Below, piece after piece: positions 1-11,378 of a DNA stretch of 64,000 nucleotides. The notes beneath the pieces were generated by a model, which saw only the letters and a program-made list of their open reading frames with translations, made no database searches and was not told where the DNA came from. The stretch comes from Mobula hypostoma (lineage: Eukaryota). The stretch lies in assembly GCF_963921235.1 (NCBI RefSeq), contig NC_086097.1:116810001-116874000 (forward strand). Reading direction: 5' to 3'. Each line of letters begins with the position of its first letter. The first letter of the stretch is position 1. Both the position numbers and the translations under genes were made by a program.

Positions 1-985
1 GGTTTCTGGACAACACTAGGTGGTGGCTGTGGTTTCTGGACAACACTCAGTGGTGGCTGTGGTTCGTGGACAACACTCGGTGGTGGCTGTGGTTTGTGGA
101 CAACACTCGGTGGTGGCTGTGGTTCACGGACAACACTCGGTGGTGGCTGTGGTTCATGGACAATACTCGGTGGCTGTGGTTCGTGGACAACATTCGGTGG
201 TGGCTGTGGTTCATGGACAACACTAGGTGGTGACTGTGGTTCATGGACAACACTAGGTGGTGACTGTGGTTCGTGGACAACACTCAGTGGTGGCTGTGGT
301 TCGTGGACAACACTCGGTGGCGGCTGTGGTTCATGGACAACACTCGGTGGCTGTGGTTCGTGGACAACACTCGGCGGTGGCTGTGGTTCACGGACAACAC
401 TCGGTGGTGGCTGTGGTTCACGGACAACACTCGGTGGTGGCTGTGGTTTCTGGACAACACTAGGTGGTGGCTGTGGTTTCTGGACAACACTCAGTGGTGG
501 CTGTGGTTCGTGGACAACACTCGGTGGTGGCTGTGGTTTGTGGACAACACTCGGTGGTGGCTGTGGTTCACGGACAACACTCGGTGGTGGCTGTGGTTCA
601 TGGACAATACTCAGTGGCTGTGGTTCGTGGACAACACTCTGTGGTGGTTGTGGTTCGTGGACAACACTCGATAGTGGCTGTGGTTCACGGACAACACTCG
701 GTGGCTGTGGTTCGTGGACAACACTCGGCGGTGGCTGTGGTTCACGGACAACACTCGGTGGTGGCTGTAGTTCACGGACAACACTCGGTGGCGGCTGTGG
801 TTCATGGACAACACTAGGTGGTGGCTGTGGTTCACGGACAACACTCGGTAGTGGCTGTGGTTCACGGACAACACTCGGTGGCTGTGGTTTCTGGACAACA
901 CTAGGTGGTGACTGTGGTTCGTGGACAACACTCGGTGGTGGCTGTGGTTTGTGGACAACACTCGGTGGTGGCTGTGGTTCACGGT
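1..985. repeat. 30-bp minisatellite (GGTGGTGGCTGTGGTTCGTGGACAACACTC, with 27-bp variants lacking one GGT); runs off the window start
   Basis: Tandem units read directly; repetitive translations in the overlapping ORFs (GGGCGSWTTL, VVAVVRGQHS). Confidence 0.97.
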
Positions 986-1094
986 TGAGTGTTTTGATTG
1001 TTCAATCCTAGTTTGCAGCTGCGAAAGGGCTGGTGAGATTAAGAGATACGGAGAGATAGCTACTGGATTTAGACTACATTGAATGGCAATGCAG

Positions 1095-1410
1095 AGAGCA
1101 GCTGCCATTTGCTCTCTGTGGCATTATGGAGATCGCTGTCATGTAGCACAGCTCCCTCTTAAGCAGATTTCCTCCAGGTGTATCTATTGACGGCAATGCC
1201 TTCCCAGTTTTTAGATGCAATGTTGAATTTCTTCAGGCTGATTTTGATGATATCTTTAAAGTGTTTCCTCTGCCCACCAAGGAATCGTTGACCTTCCTTC
1301 AACGGGGTGTACAAGATCTGCTTGGGGAGACTTGAGTTGGGCATTCAGATGATATGACCTGTCAATTGGAGTTGGTCTTGTTTTATCGTGGTAGAGTTCA
1401 CATCCTTACA
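1095..1410 (-). mobile_element. RTE-clade LINE, decayed 3' ORF fragment
   Basis: Translation QLQLTGHII / MPNSSLPKQILY...GGQRKHFKD resembles the RTE ORF2 C-terminus (LRWxGHV.RM...LPK.IL). Confidence 0.7.
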
Positions 1411-1422
1411 TAATCTTGATCT

Positions 1423-1640
1423 AAAATGCTGGTGGAACACAGTAGGCCAGGCAGCACCTATTGGAAGGCGTATCTTAAATCTCTTACTATTTCTTCTTTC
1501 AGTTAGTCCTGACGAAGGGTCTTGGCCCAAAACGTCGACTGTACCTCTTCCAGTAGATGCTGCCTGGCCTGCTGCATTCCACCAGCATTTTAGGTGCGTT
1601 GCTTGAATTTCCAGCATCTGCAGATTTCTTTGTGTTTGCG
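1423..1640 (+). mobile_element. Penelope-like terminal-repeat (pLTR) fragment with short inverted copy
   Basis: 1495-1630 matches the pLTR at 39270-39400 and 42970-43073; 1423-1468 is an inverted copy of about 1545-1590. Confidence 0.85.
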
Positions 1641-2851
1641 GTTATAATCTTGATCTGTAAGGAAAGAGTTAAATATGAATGCTTCTTGGCGTGTGCTCAA
1701 ATAAAATGGAGGTCTATGAGACAAAATGGTGTTGGCTTGGAAAGGGAATGGAGAAAGTACAAGAGAACCAGCCCACAGCATTGTTCTGAGAAAGTTAAGT
1801 CTGCAGCCATAATAATGGAAAGTGTGAAAAACGTGTTTTTTTTCTGGGAAGATGAGGTCATTGCGTAGCTGCAGGTACAAAATTCTTGTGAATATATGGG
1901 AAAGTCTGAGCATGAGGGGAGGAAGCAAGGGAGAGGAAGGAGGAGCGAAGGAGATGGAGTGGGAGGGGGAGTAAGGGGAGAGGGAAAGGGAGTAAGGGAG
2001 GGGAAGAGGGAAGTTTGTTGGCATTCTGCAAATCAGCTTGCTTAGCGGATGATAAGTACTAGATTGATGTCTGTACCTCTACTTCATTAACCAGTTGTTT
2101 TCCTTTTTGTATTGCATGTTTAACATAACTCTAACAAAGTGATTCGTGGTTTAACACAGCGTCTCCTTTGTTTGCAAATACGTATGCGAATGCCTTTTGG
2201 TGAATGAGGAAAGAGCATAGAGTGAATTTTAAAAATACTCTTTTGCTACATGACCCTGTAAACTCCCTGGTGCCCACACTCTGTAACATCCAGAAGTATC
2301 TGATATTCTGATCTCTTGCTCATTAATGAGTTGAGCTGCTGAGATATTGTGGCTACAATTCCCTCTGTTTGAGCTTTCAGTTCTCTTAACACCCTCTCCG
2401 AGTCTCTAAATTGCAACCTTGCTCCTCCTTAAAATCTGCATTTTTGGTCAATTATTTGATCACTGACTTTCACAGATCCCCAGATAACTTCATGACCCCT
2501 TTCCCATAATGCATAATTGCTTTCTGGTTCTCATAATTCGAGTAATTATGAAGGCAATTTTATAATTACCACCTCCATCCTCCAGAGGTGGAGAACCTGT
2601 AAGTGTTCCTCGTGTCCAGGATCTAAAGCAGGGGAAGACTCACAAAATCTGCAGTTCTTGTAAACACTTCTCACTTTGACTGATAGTGAACGCTGGAGCA
2701 TTCCCATTTTGGGATTGGTGTACAGTGAATGGCTAGCTCCATTTTGCCCATTTGGCACTAAAATCAAATTCAGAATTGTTACGTTTGCACGGACTAAGAA
2801 CAACAGTAGGGTTAGATGCAGGATGTACTGCAGACACTGGAAAGCTAGAGC

Positions 2852-3424
2852 AATACACACAACGTGCTAAAGGAGCTCAGCAAGTCAGGCAGCATCTATG
2901 GACGGGAATAAACAATCCATGTTTTGGGCTGAGACCCTACATCAGGACTGGAAAGAAAGAGGAGGAGTCAGGGTAAGAAGGTGGAGGGTGAGGAGGAAGA
3001 AGTACAAGGTGGCAGGTGATAGGTGAAAATGCGAGGGGGGAGGGAGTGAAGTCAGGAGTTGGAATGTTGATTTGTGAAAGAGAAAAGGGCTGGAGAAGGG
3101 GGAATCTGATAGCAGAGGACAGAAGACCATGGAAGAAAAGGAATGGGAGAGGATCACTACAGGGAGGTGATGGTTAGGTAAGAAGAGAAGGTATGAAAGG
3201 AGAACAGGAATGGGGAATGGTGAAGGAGAGGAGTGAGGGCATTTACTGGAAGTTTCAGAAATCAACGTTCATTCCATCAGGTTGGAGGCTACCCAGACAG
3301 AATATAAGGTGTTGCTCCTCCAAGCTGGTTGTGGCCTTATCACAACAGTAGAGGAGATCATGGACTGGCATGTTGGATTGGGAATGGGAAGTAGATTTGA
3401 AATGGGTGGCCACCAAGAAATCCC
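2852..3424 (-). mobile_element. Penelope-like element 3' fragment (end of GIY-YIG domain + pLTR)
   Basis: Colinear with the reverse complement of 42500-43073; decayed hammerhead motif near 2912-2949. Confidence 0.85.
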
Positions 3425-3559
3425 TAAATGTTTATTCTGAATCAAGTTATCCACGGTACACATTGGGCATCTTACAGTGCAGGAGCAACAAATCGAGCCT
3501 TTGAGAGAGAAACACGCACACTCAAAAGCCTGCACAGAAAGATAGGGCCTTTCATGCAA

Positions 3560-3985
3560 AAAAAAAGGTACAGTAGATCCAGGACATCTTTAAGGAGTGA
3601 TGCCTCAAAAAGGCAGCATCCACCATTAAAGGCCCCCATCACCCAGGTCATTCCTTGTTCTCGTTGCTACCATCATGGAGGAGGTACAGGGGGCTGAAGG
3701 CGTAAACTCAATGTTTCAGGAACAGCTTCTTCCCCTCTACCATCCAATTTCAGAATGGACATTGAACCCATGAACACTACCTCACCACATTTTTTAACTT
3801 CTATTTTTACACTACTTATTTCATTCAACTGTTATATATATATATAAATAGTTGAATTAATATATATATTTACTGTAATTTACAGTTTTTTTTTCAATTA
3901 TTATGTATTGCATTGCATTGCTGCCATAAAGACACAGATTTCATGATACATGCTGGTAATATTAAACCTGATTCTGATTCTGATT
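3560..3985 (+). mobile_element. Rex1/Babar LINE 3' fragment
   Basis: Similar to the end of the Rex1 ORF at 13400-13550 (IIKDPxHP...LPSGRRYR...FRNSFFP); ends in ATTAAA + (CTGATT)n tail. Confidence 0.75.
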
Positions 3986-5555
3986 CACCGAGCAATCAAT
4001 GAGCTACGTTCTTGCAATTGACCCGATAATGCGTCAAAAATTGCTTCCATTCAATTAGGAAGAAGTTCATTGTCTAAAGTTTCTTGGTGATTCAGCTATT
4101 GAATTGATGCATCAATGTAATTAACATTGTATTGTGCTTTAAAATCATGGCAAAAGTTGAAATGTTCACATTGTACCCTTTTTGTACATCTTTTATGTCA
4201 ATACCCTTGACAAAAACATTCCAACACTGTTAGCACTGCCTGAACAAATCAATGGCAATTGTGGATTTCTTGACTTGACAGAAGGTTCCTCACCATAGCC
4301 ACTTATACAGAAAAGTAATGGCTTTAAGTGAGCCCTTAGTCATCTAGTATTACTGTGATTTATGACTCTCTTGTGAATCTGAATCACATGAATGTGTTTG
4401 GTCTTCACAGTTTCAAATTACTTCTCAGTTGTCCTTTTCCTGCTCTACTGTCATTGGAAGCTTCGGTATACATATCTCTGAAGCACTGTATGCCTGATTC
4501 ATTATTTCTCTCAAAAGGTCGCAATAGAAGTTTGACAGGGCGTTCGCTTGTGCTACATCATCACATGAGTCAAGGGCAAGGACAGGAAAAAGGAGGCATG
4601 GTGTATGAACCATCATGGTTACAACCCACTGACATTTGCCAGTAATCAGTCAGCTTTAACTGAGCATCAACAACATTTTAGAACATAGTATTCCAAAAAA
4701 TTGCATTTCTCTGTGCTAAAGAACATCCTCTTCATTTCAGAGCCAACCCTTTATCCTAAGAATATACTCAGTGGTTACAGATCCTCCAAGTGGATGCAAC
4801 AGCTTTTTGGAATGTATCCAGTCAATACCTCACAGTGTTGTATCAAAATCATCTCTCAGGCTTCTACATTCTACTACAACATAAAATCAAGGATGTAGTG
4901 CTGACCGCACTTGGAGTATTCTGAGCAATTTATTTATTTATTTATTGAGATCCTTGTTGCTTGTATTATTTAAGTAGATGCTCAATTTGCGCTAACCACA
5001 GGGCTCTAGTTTTATGAATGTTACTACCTATCGCCGTTTCGCACAGCCGAGCCAATGATGTTCTTTTAGAATTATTATGAGTAAACTCTCATTGCTGTCT
5101 CTACATCAGAGTCTGTCTTTCCTCTGCACTTGGGCTCCAATATTTCCAGGTCATATTGTGAGAGCAGGACCCTGCAATTAGCACTAATCAGTCATCTGCT
5201 TAAACGATAGAAGTAACATGGAATCCCTGAGCCGATCAAAATAAACTTGACAAGCCTAAACAGAAGGCACCAGGAGACTGCATTACAAAGATGGAGTGAT
5301 TTGAGAAAAACAAATCTAAACGATTAATGTCTCTCTTTAAACAACAATTAACCAATGAGGTTTTTAGGTGCTCTAAAAACCTCAGAGCCCAACACTCTCT
5401 GGCGCCCCACACAGGCACGACGAACTCATTACACCCAGATGGAGTGGATGTGGGGAAGATGTTTCCTATGGTGTAGGAGTCTAGGGACAGAGGTGGAACT
5501 CATTACCACCGATGGCTGTGGAGGCCAAGTCATTGGGTATATTTAAAGCAGGGAA

Positions 5556-6466
5556 CTTAGAACACAGAGCTTAGAATGGTACAGCACAGGAACAGGCCAT
5601 TCACCCCATAGTGTTGTGCTGAACCAGCTAAAAAGCTAATCAAAAACACCTAAACACTAATCCCTCTTACCTACACCATGTCCATATCCCTCCATCTCCC
5701 TGATATCCATGTGTCTATCTAAACATCTCTTAAAAGCCTGTAATGTATTTGCTTCTACCACCATACCAGGCAGCCTATTCCAAGCATCCACCACTCCCTG
5801 AGTAAAAAACTTACCCTTTACATCCCCTTTGAACCTATCTCCTCTCACCTTCAATGCATGTACTAAGGTATTAGACATTTCAACGCTGGGAAACAGATAT
5901 GCTCTGTCCACTTTGCTATGCCTGTCATAATCTTGTAAACCTCTATCAAATCTCCCTTCAGCCTCTGGCGCTCCAGAAAAAATGACCCAAGTTTATCCAG
6001 CCTCGCATGATAGTATGTGCCCTCTAAATCAGGCAGCGTCTTGGTAAACCTCTTCTGCACTTCTCTATGGCCTCAAAATGCTTCCCAGTGTGGGGTGACC
6101 AGAACTGTATGCCACATCTCAGACATGGCCTAGCTAGTGTTTTATCAAGTTGCAACATGACTTCCTGACTTTTGAACTCAGCATCTCGACTAATAAAAGC
6201 AAGCATTCCATAAGCCTTATCAACCTGTGTAGCCACTTTCAAGGAGCTATGAACTTGAATCCCAAGATCTCTCTGCTCAGCAACACTGTTAACGGTCTTG
6301 TCTTTTACAGTGTACTGTCTCTTTGCATTTGCCTTAGCAAGGTGCAACACCCCACATTTGTCTGGGTTAAGCTCCATCTGCCATTTCTCTGTCTATATCT
6401 GCAACTGATCTGTATTGTGCTGTATTCTTTGCCATTCTTCTACACTGTCCACAACTCCACCAATCG
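5556..6466 (-). mobile_element. CR1 LINE 3' fragment inserted in a + strand CR1 remnant (about 5437-5553 and 6468-6630)
   Basis: ORFs 6024-6377, 5863-6060 and 5657-5911 give CR1 RT C-terminal motifs (FNPDKC-like, QRDLG, QFWSP, FFTQ.VV..WN.LP); the host CR1 resumes across it. Confidence 0.9.
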
Positions 6467-6877
6467 TGGTTTGAGGTTGATATGTTCTTGATTAGTCAGG
6501 ATGTCAAAGGTTCTGGTGAGAATATAAGAGTGTGGGATTGAGAGGGATAATAAATCAGCCATGATGGAATAGCAGAGCAGATGTAATAGGCCGAGTGGCC
6601 TAATTCTGCTCTTATTTTTTATGGTCTATGTTCTGGTGCCGTTATGGTGGTCAGAGTTAAAGAGATAAAGCATAGAAACAGGCTCTTTGGCTCACTGGCA
6701 CTGCCCAGATCATCAAATGCTTGGTTTTGCATTAATCCCACCTTCCTTCACTATCCCTGTGTTCCCATCAACTTTGTGAGATTCAACCATTCACCCGTAT
6801 TGGAAGCATTCGAACTCTCTGTGTTTATGGGCTGTTGAAAGTACTATGTGCATACAAAGTCACCAAACAAACACCGG

Positions 6878-7052
6878 CGATCAGGATTGATCCTCGAGTG
6901 ATCGCTCTGGATTGATCCCAGAGTGACTGATCGGGATCAATCCCAGGGTGATCGCTCGGGATCGATCCCAGGGTGATCGCCTGGGATGGATCCCAGGGTG
7001 ATTGATCAGAATCGATCCTAGAGTGATCGATCAGGATTGATCCCAGGGTGAT
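6878..7052. repeat. 25-bp GATC-rich minisatellite, about 7 units
   Basis: Units such as CGGGATCGATCCCAGGGTGATCGCT read directly. Confidence 0.9.
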
Positions 7053-7119
7053 GGAGCTGTGGGTCTACCAGCTCTACCAGCTGCAGCAGGGCGTCATTTT
7101 CAATATCCCACAGGACAAC

Positions 7120-9000
7120 TTTTTCAACCTTGGAACCAGTTCCATAAGTCTGCGCTGCTCTGACTTAAGCACAAATACACCTTTCTTATGGTGCTGAAAC
7201 AAAAATTGAACTTAAGTATTTTAAGTGGGTGTGAAATTTCAAGAACATTTCTAATATTGGCTTCTACTATTGTCACAACAAGAAGGAACATACCATTTGC
7301 CTTTCTTACTGCCTGTCTTCCCTGATGTTGAGATGCATCGTAAGATGTGCTGGGACACATCATCAGTGTCAATGGGTGTTTTGGGTCTTTCTGCATCAGA
7401 CCCAGCCAGCATTGATCCATGGGTCATACCTCTTGATCCATAGCATGTTTATTTATTATGAAGTAGTGCACTGAGATCCTTCCTGTACCTCAGCATTTCC
7501 ATTCTTCCAGTATTTACTGTGACGCCAAACCAAGCTATCGGACGATTGATGCTAATGAGAGAGATAAGAGAGACAATGGAGAAACATTCAAAATGCTAAT
7601 AAGAGAGGAGAGAGGGATTAACAGAAAAGAAACACAATTCAGAATATTGACAGACCGGTTGCTTTGAACCTGAACTGTTTGAAGTTCGATGGACAGGTGA
7701 TACCCCAGCAGGGGATAAAAAGAGCAGGTTCGCTAAAGCATGAGACACCACGAGATCACGAGATAACGAGACCCTGGAAAGAGCGGTGTGCCCCCACAAG
7801 TGGTGAGGGTTTGGAGGTCCGGTTCGCGGGAACCGACCATAGGCTCACAGGGTGTAAAGGTACGATTGGTGGGAACCTGGTGTGTGTGTCCGCCCTTGCC
7901 TGGGTGCCGGGTTCACCGCGGAAGAACTGTCATATTCGGAACGGAGGGGTCACAGTCGGTGACCACAGCGGGATAGAAGACATCAAAAAGGATCTGCCCG
8001 AAACCAACTGCGAAGATACCAAAGGTCTGCCTGAACCAAATTTTACCCCCACTCTCTCTCTCCAACGGTACAACAGCGATTACTGCGAACTGTACTAAGC
8101 TGAACTGAACTCTGCGTCACTGTAAGACTGATCATTTTACCCCTAGACTGCAATAGATCTTGGTTGATTCCTATTCCCCTAGTTCTGTGTATAGGTGTGT
8201 ATTATCATTGCTAACTTGTTACATTTATATCCTTCCGATTAGAGCACTGTATTATTTGTTTCTTTAATAAAACTTTATTAGTTCCTAGTAATCCAGACTC
8301 CAACAAGTGTTCCATTTCTGCTGGTTTGGCAACCCAGTTACTGGGTACGTAACATAAGAAATATCTACTTTCCTTTTCTCGATATTAGAAGGAATAAATT
8401 CACATTTATTTCTTATCAAGCTGTGTCATATTTGCTGCCACCAAATTGGTTGTGATTGTTCAGAAGCGTAGGTAATTCTGGAAGGTCCATCACCAGTATA
8501 TCTGCTGCTTTTGCTGAGCTCTGGCTTGCAGGCTGTTAGGTCCAGAAGATTAATTAGTTTTTGATTCCTTCATTTCTTCCAAACCTTTCCTAACTTCCAC
8601 TAATAATAAAATCACCATTTGTGTTTCTGCTGTGGTTATTATTGCTTCTACAGTAATGGAAGGTGAAAGATTGCATTTATTCATCTATCACCTTTTTCCA
8701 GACCACTCCAGATAACTTATTGAATTTGTTTCCTCTTCCCACCGTTACTGCCAATCGGAACACTGTCATTCCATCCCTACTCTATTACTTTAATCCCGTT
8801 TAATCCTCCAGATGCATGTTAAGAAAAGTATCTTACTTCCAGATCCTGGAATGACCTTCTAATGCCTTCATCATTAAAACCAAATTTCTAGTTCTCCTGT
8901 GCATTTTTGTCAAGTAAACCCCAAAATGAATTCCTGTAGCATAGCCATGAACAAACTCATATAAGCTTTGTCTTGGGAAGGGAGAAACAAGCTTAACATT
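7120..9000 (-). mobile_element. Old, highly decayed CR1 LINE split by the solo LTR at 7518-8354
   Basis: ORF 7124-7420 contains QAVRKANGM (CR1 RT C-terminal motif); continuation after 8355 is only weakly recognisable. Confidence 0.5.
7518..8354 (+). mobile_element. Solo LTR (probably Gypsy-type)
   Basis: Ends TGTGACG...CGTAACA (6/7 inverted match); TATA-like GGATAAAA near 7713; AATAAA at 8266; CpG-rich. No clean TSD (TTAC/TAAG). Confidence 0.7.
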
Positions 9001-9394
9001 TTCAGCTTTGATTTGAGAAATGCTTTTTGTAGTCAAAATAAATTTTATTCATAACAAAAAGAATAACCCGTGCAAAGTCTTTTCATTCTGTACACTTATC
9101 GTCAATGTTTTGAAAACTGTCCTGTTACATTCCTGCACATCAATACCACTCATGACTTGGGCAAAATTAAAGATTGAGAATGATAGCAACAAATTCAAAC
9201 CACTAGAACAGGTGCACTAGAATTTCTAAGCATTTGTCTGATCATTATCACATTATTGTTTATGGGAGTTCACTGTACGTAAAGAAAAAAGAACATCCAC
9301 ATTTCCTACATTATAACAAGCATTTTGCTGTTTGAGAGTCTCATTAGCTTGAAAGAGCACAGTGACATTCTAGAAGGGGGCTGAAAGTCATCAC

Positions 9395-9865
9395 ATACTG
9401 CCTTCTTATTGCTACCACCGGGAAGGAGTTACAGGAGCCTTAGGACCCACACCACCAGGTTCAGGAGCAGTTATTAACCTTCAACCATCAGGCTTCTGAA
9501 CCACTGTGGATAACTTCACTCACCTCAACACTGAACTGATTCCACAACCTATAGACTCACTTTCAAGGATTCTGCAACTCATGTTCCCAGTGCTTGTTTG
9601 TTTGTTTGTTTGTTTGTTATTTATTTATTTATTTGCCCATTTATTTATTTATTAATACACCCATTTATTTATCTTTCTATTATTCATTATCATTTTACTA
9701 TATATCTGCTACTTGTCTTCTTTTGCACATTGAAAATCTTTGTGTGCAGTTTTTCATTGATTCTATTGTATCTTGTTCTACCATGAATGCCTGCAGCAAT
9801 ATGAATCTCAGCATCGTACATGGTGACATATATGTGCCTTGATAAACAAACTACTTTGAACTTAT
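9395..9865 (+). mobile_element. Rex1/Babar LINE 3' end
   Basis: Same 3' ORF/UTR sequence as 35990-36350 and 13941-14050; ends in TTTGAACTT tail. Confidence 0.75.
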
Positions 9866-11378
9866 AAATTTGAAGACTAATGCAAATCTCTCATTTCCTT
9901 TATTATTGCCAAGGTGTTTATTGAATTTTAAAGCACTACATGAAGCGTTTACTATGATTATTTTAATACCATGCTCATATTGGTCAAGCACTATGAGAAG
10001 AACAACTATTTGTCACCGTTTAAAGATGCATCCTTTTTCAACACGTGAGCCTGACAGGAAAAGGACAGCTTCATACATTTAAATTTGTTCGTGATCTTGT
10101 AACAGTTGTTGATCATACTATTTTTTCCTACCATCTCCCCAGCAGTGACAGCTCCGGATATTATTATTCATTTATACCGTGACAAAAGGCACGCCAAACA
10201 CTTTGAAAGTACTTTATTATAATTTATTCCACGGCAGGAAATAAAAGTTCAACAAACAAAATAGTGCTTCAGTATGTTCAGTTTACTTCTGACGCATTAG
10301 AATGCTGTAAAATTCTGCATTATTGTCAGGATGATGGGGTTGTAGCCATCAGAATAATGAGCAGGTACAAAAGGAATAATAATTATCACAATAAGGAATG
10401 TTGAAAAGCATGCATAATAAATAGCTAGAATATGTTGAAGAGCATGCGTAATAAATAGCTAGAATATTTATAAGTCAACTGATACTAAAATGTTTGATTT
10501 TTAAAAGACCATCTGTTTAAGAGGAAGATAGATATTGTTGGTTACAATGCTCATGGTACCTTGAAATCATGAGATTCCTCGATTCAATTCAAACACTGAG
10601 CTGTCACAATGAAAAATAGTTCTGTAGTTTTCCTAGCAGGGAGATGTGTGACACCCTTCACCTTGGTGGGAATTCTGCTTGCTAAGGGTTTACCAAGTAT
10701 ACTAGAGTGACTTTTACCATATCTCCCCCAGGACATGCATGATTAGTAGCTGACAAACATGGGAGTGAAAGAAACTGTGACAAGGATGATATAGCTGCTT
10801 GGGATGGCTGCACTTTTTGAAGGAGGATTTTTCATTAATGATAATTAAATTCTCTGCTTATCTCCCTTGGCAATCAGATACAGAAATATATATGGCATTT
10901 GAGTTTAAGTATTGAACACGTGATCCATGTCTTTTTTTTCCCCTAATTATATAATTAGCATTTTACTTGTGCTTACCTGTCAGCTATTTCCAGTGCATCT
11001 TCTTCCATTTCTCAGTCACCATTTGACCTTGTCAACATCACTGAGCTTCGAGAGATTGCGCTTCAGAACAGCCCTGTCATTCTGCTCAATGAGGTTTTCT
11101 TTGCTCTCACCAAGAGTTAACCATTGATGTATTTTGCTTCATAGTTATGCAATGCCAAGGAAGCAAAAAGTCTACAAAAAATGGTGGATACAGCCCAGCC
11201 CATTACAGGCAGCGCCCTCCACACTTTTGGGTACATTTAAAAGGAGACTTGCCACAAGAAATCAGCATCCACCATCAATGACCCCCATCATATAGGCCAT
11301 GCTCTCTTGTCATAACCACCATCAGGCAGGAGATACAGGAGCCTTAGGTCCTAACACCACCAGATTGAGGAACTGTTT

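Noticed and set aside
1..985. CRISPR-like appearance of regular ~30-bp repeats (also 19070-19530 and 56015-56205)
   Set aside because: Units are head-to-tail with no unique spacers, there are no cas genes, and the context is eukaryotic.
1557..1868. Short ORFs in non-repeat stretches (e.g. 1557-1868, 18565-18852, 36859-37158)
   Set aside because: No recognisable domain; several start inside TE fragments; lengths are compatible with chance.
1915..2015. G-rich purine tract with quadruplex/triplex potential
   Set aside because: Ordinary low-complexity sequence with no supporting context.
10398..10467. Two-copy 34-bp tandem duplication
   Set aside because: Simple local slippage with no further structure.
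10970..11130. Strong minus-strand donor CAG|GTAAGC near 10977
   Set aside because: All three upstream frames hit stops within about 40 nt and no clear acceptor was found; compatible with chance.
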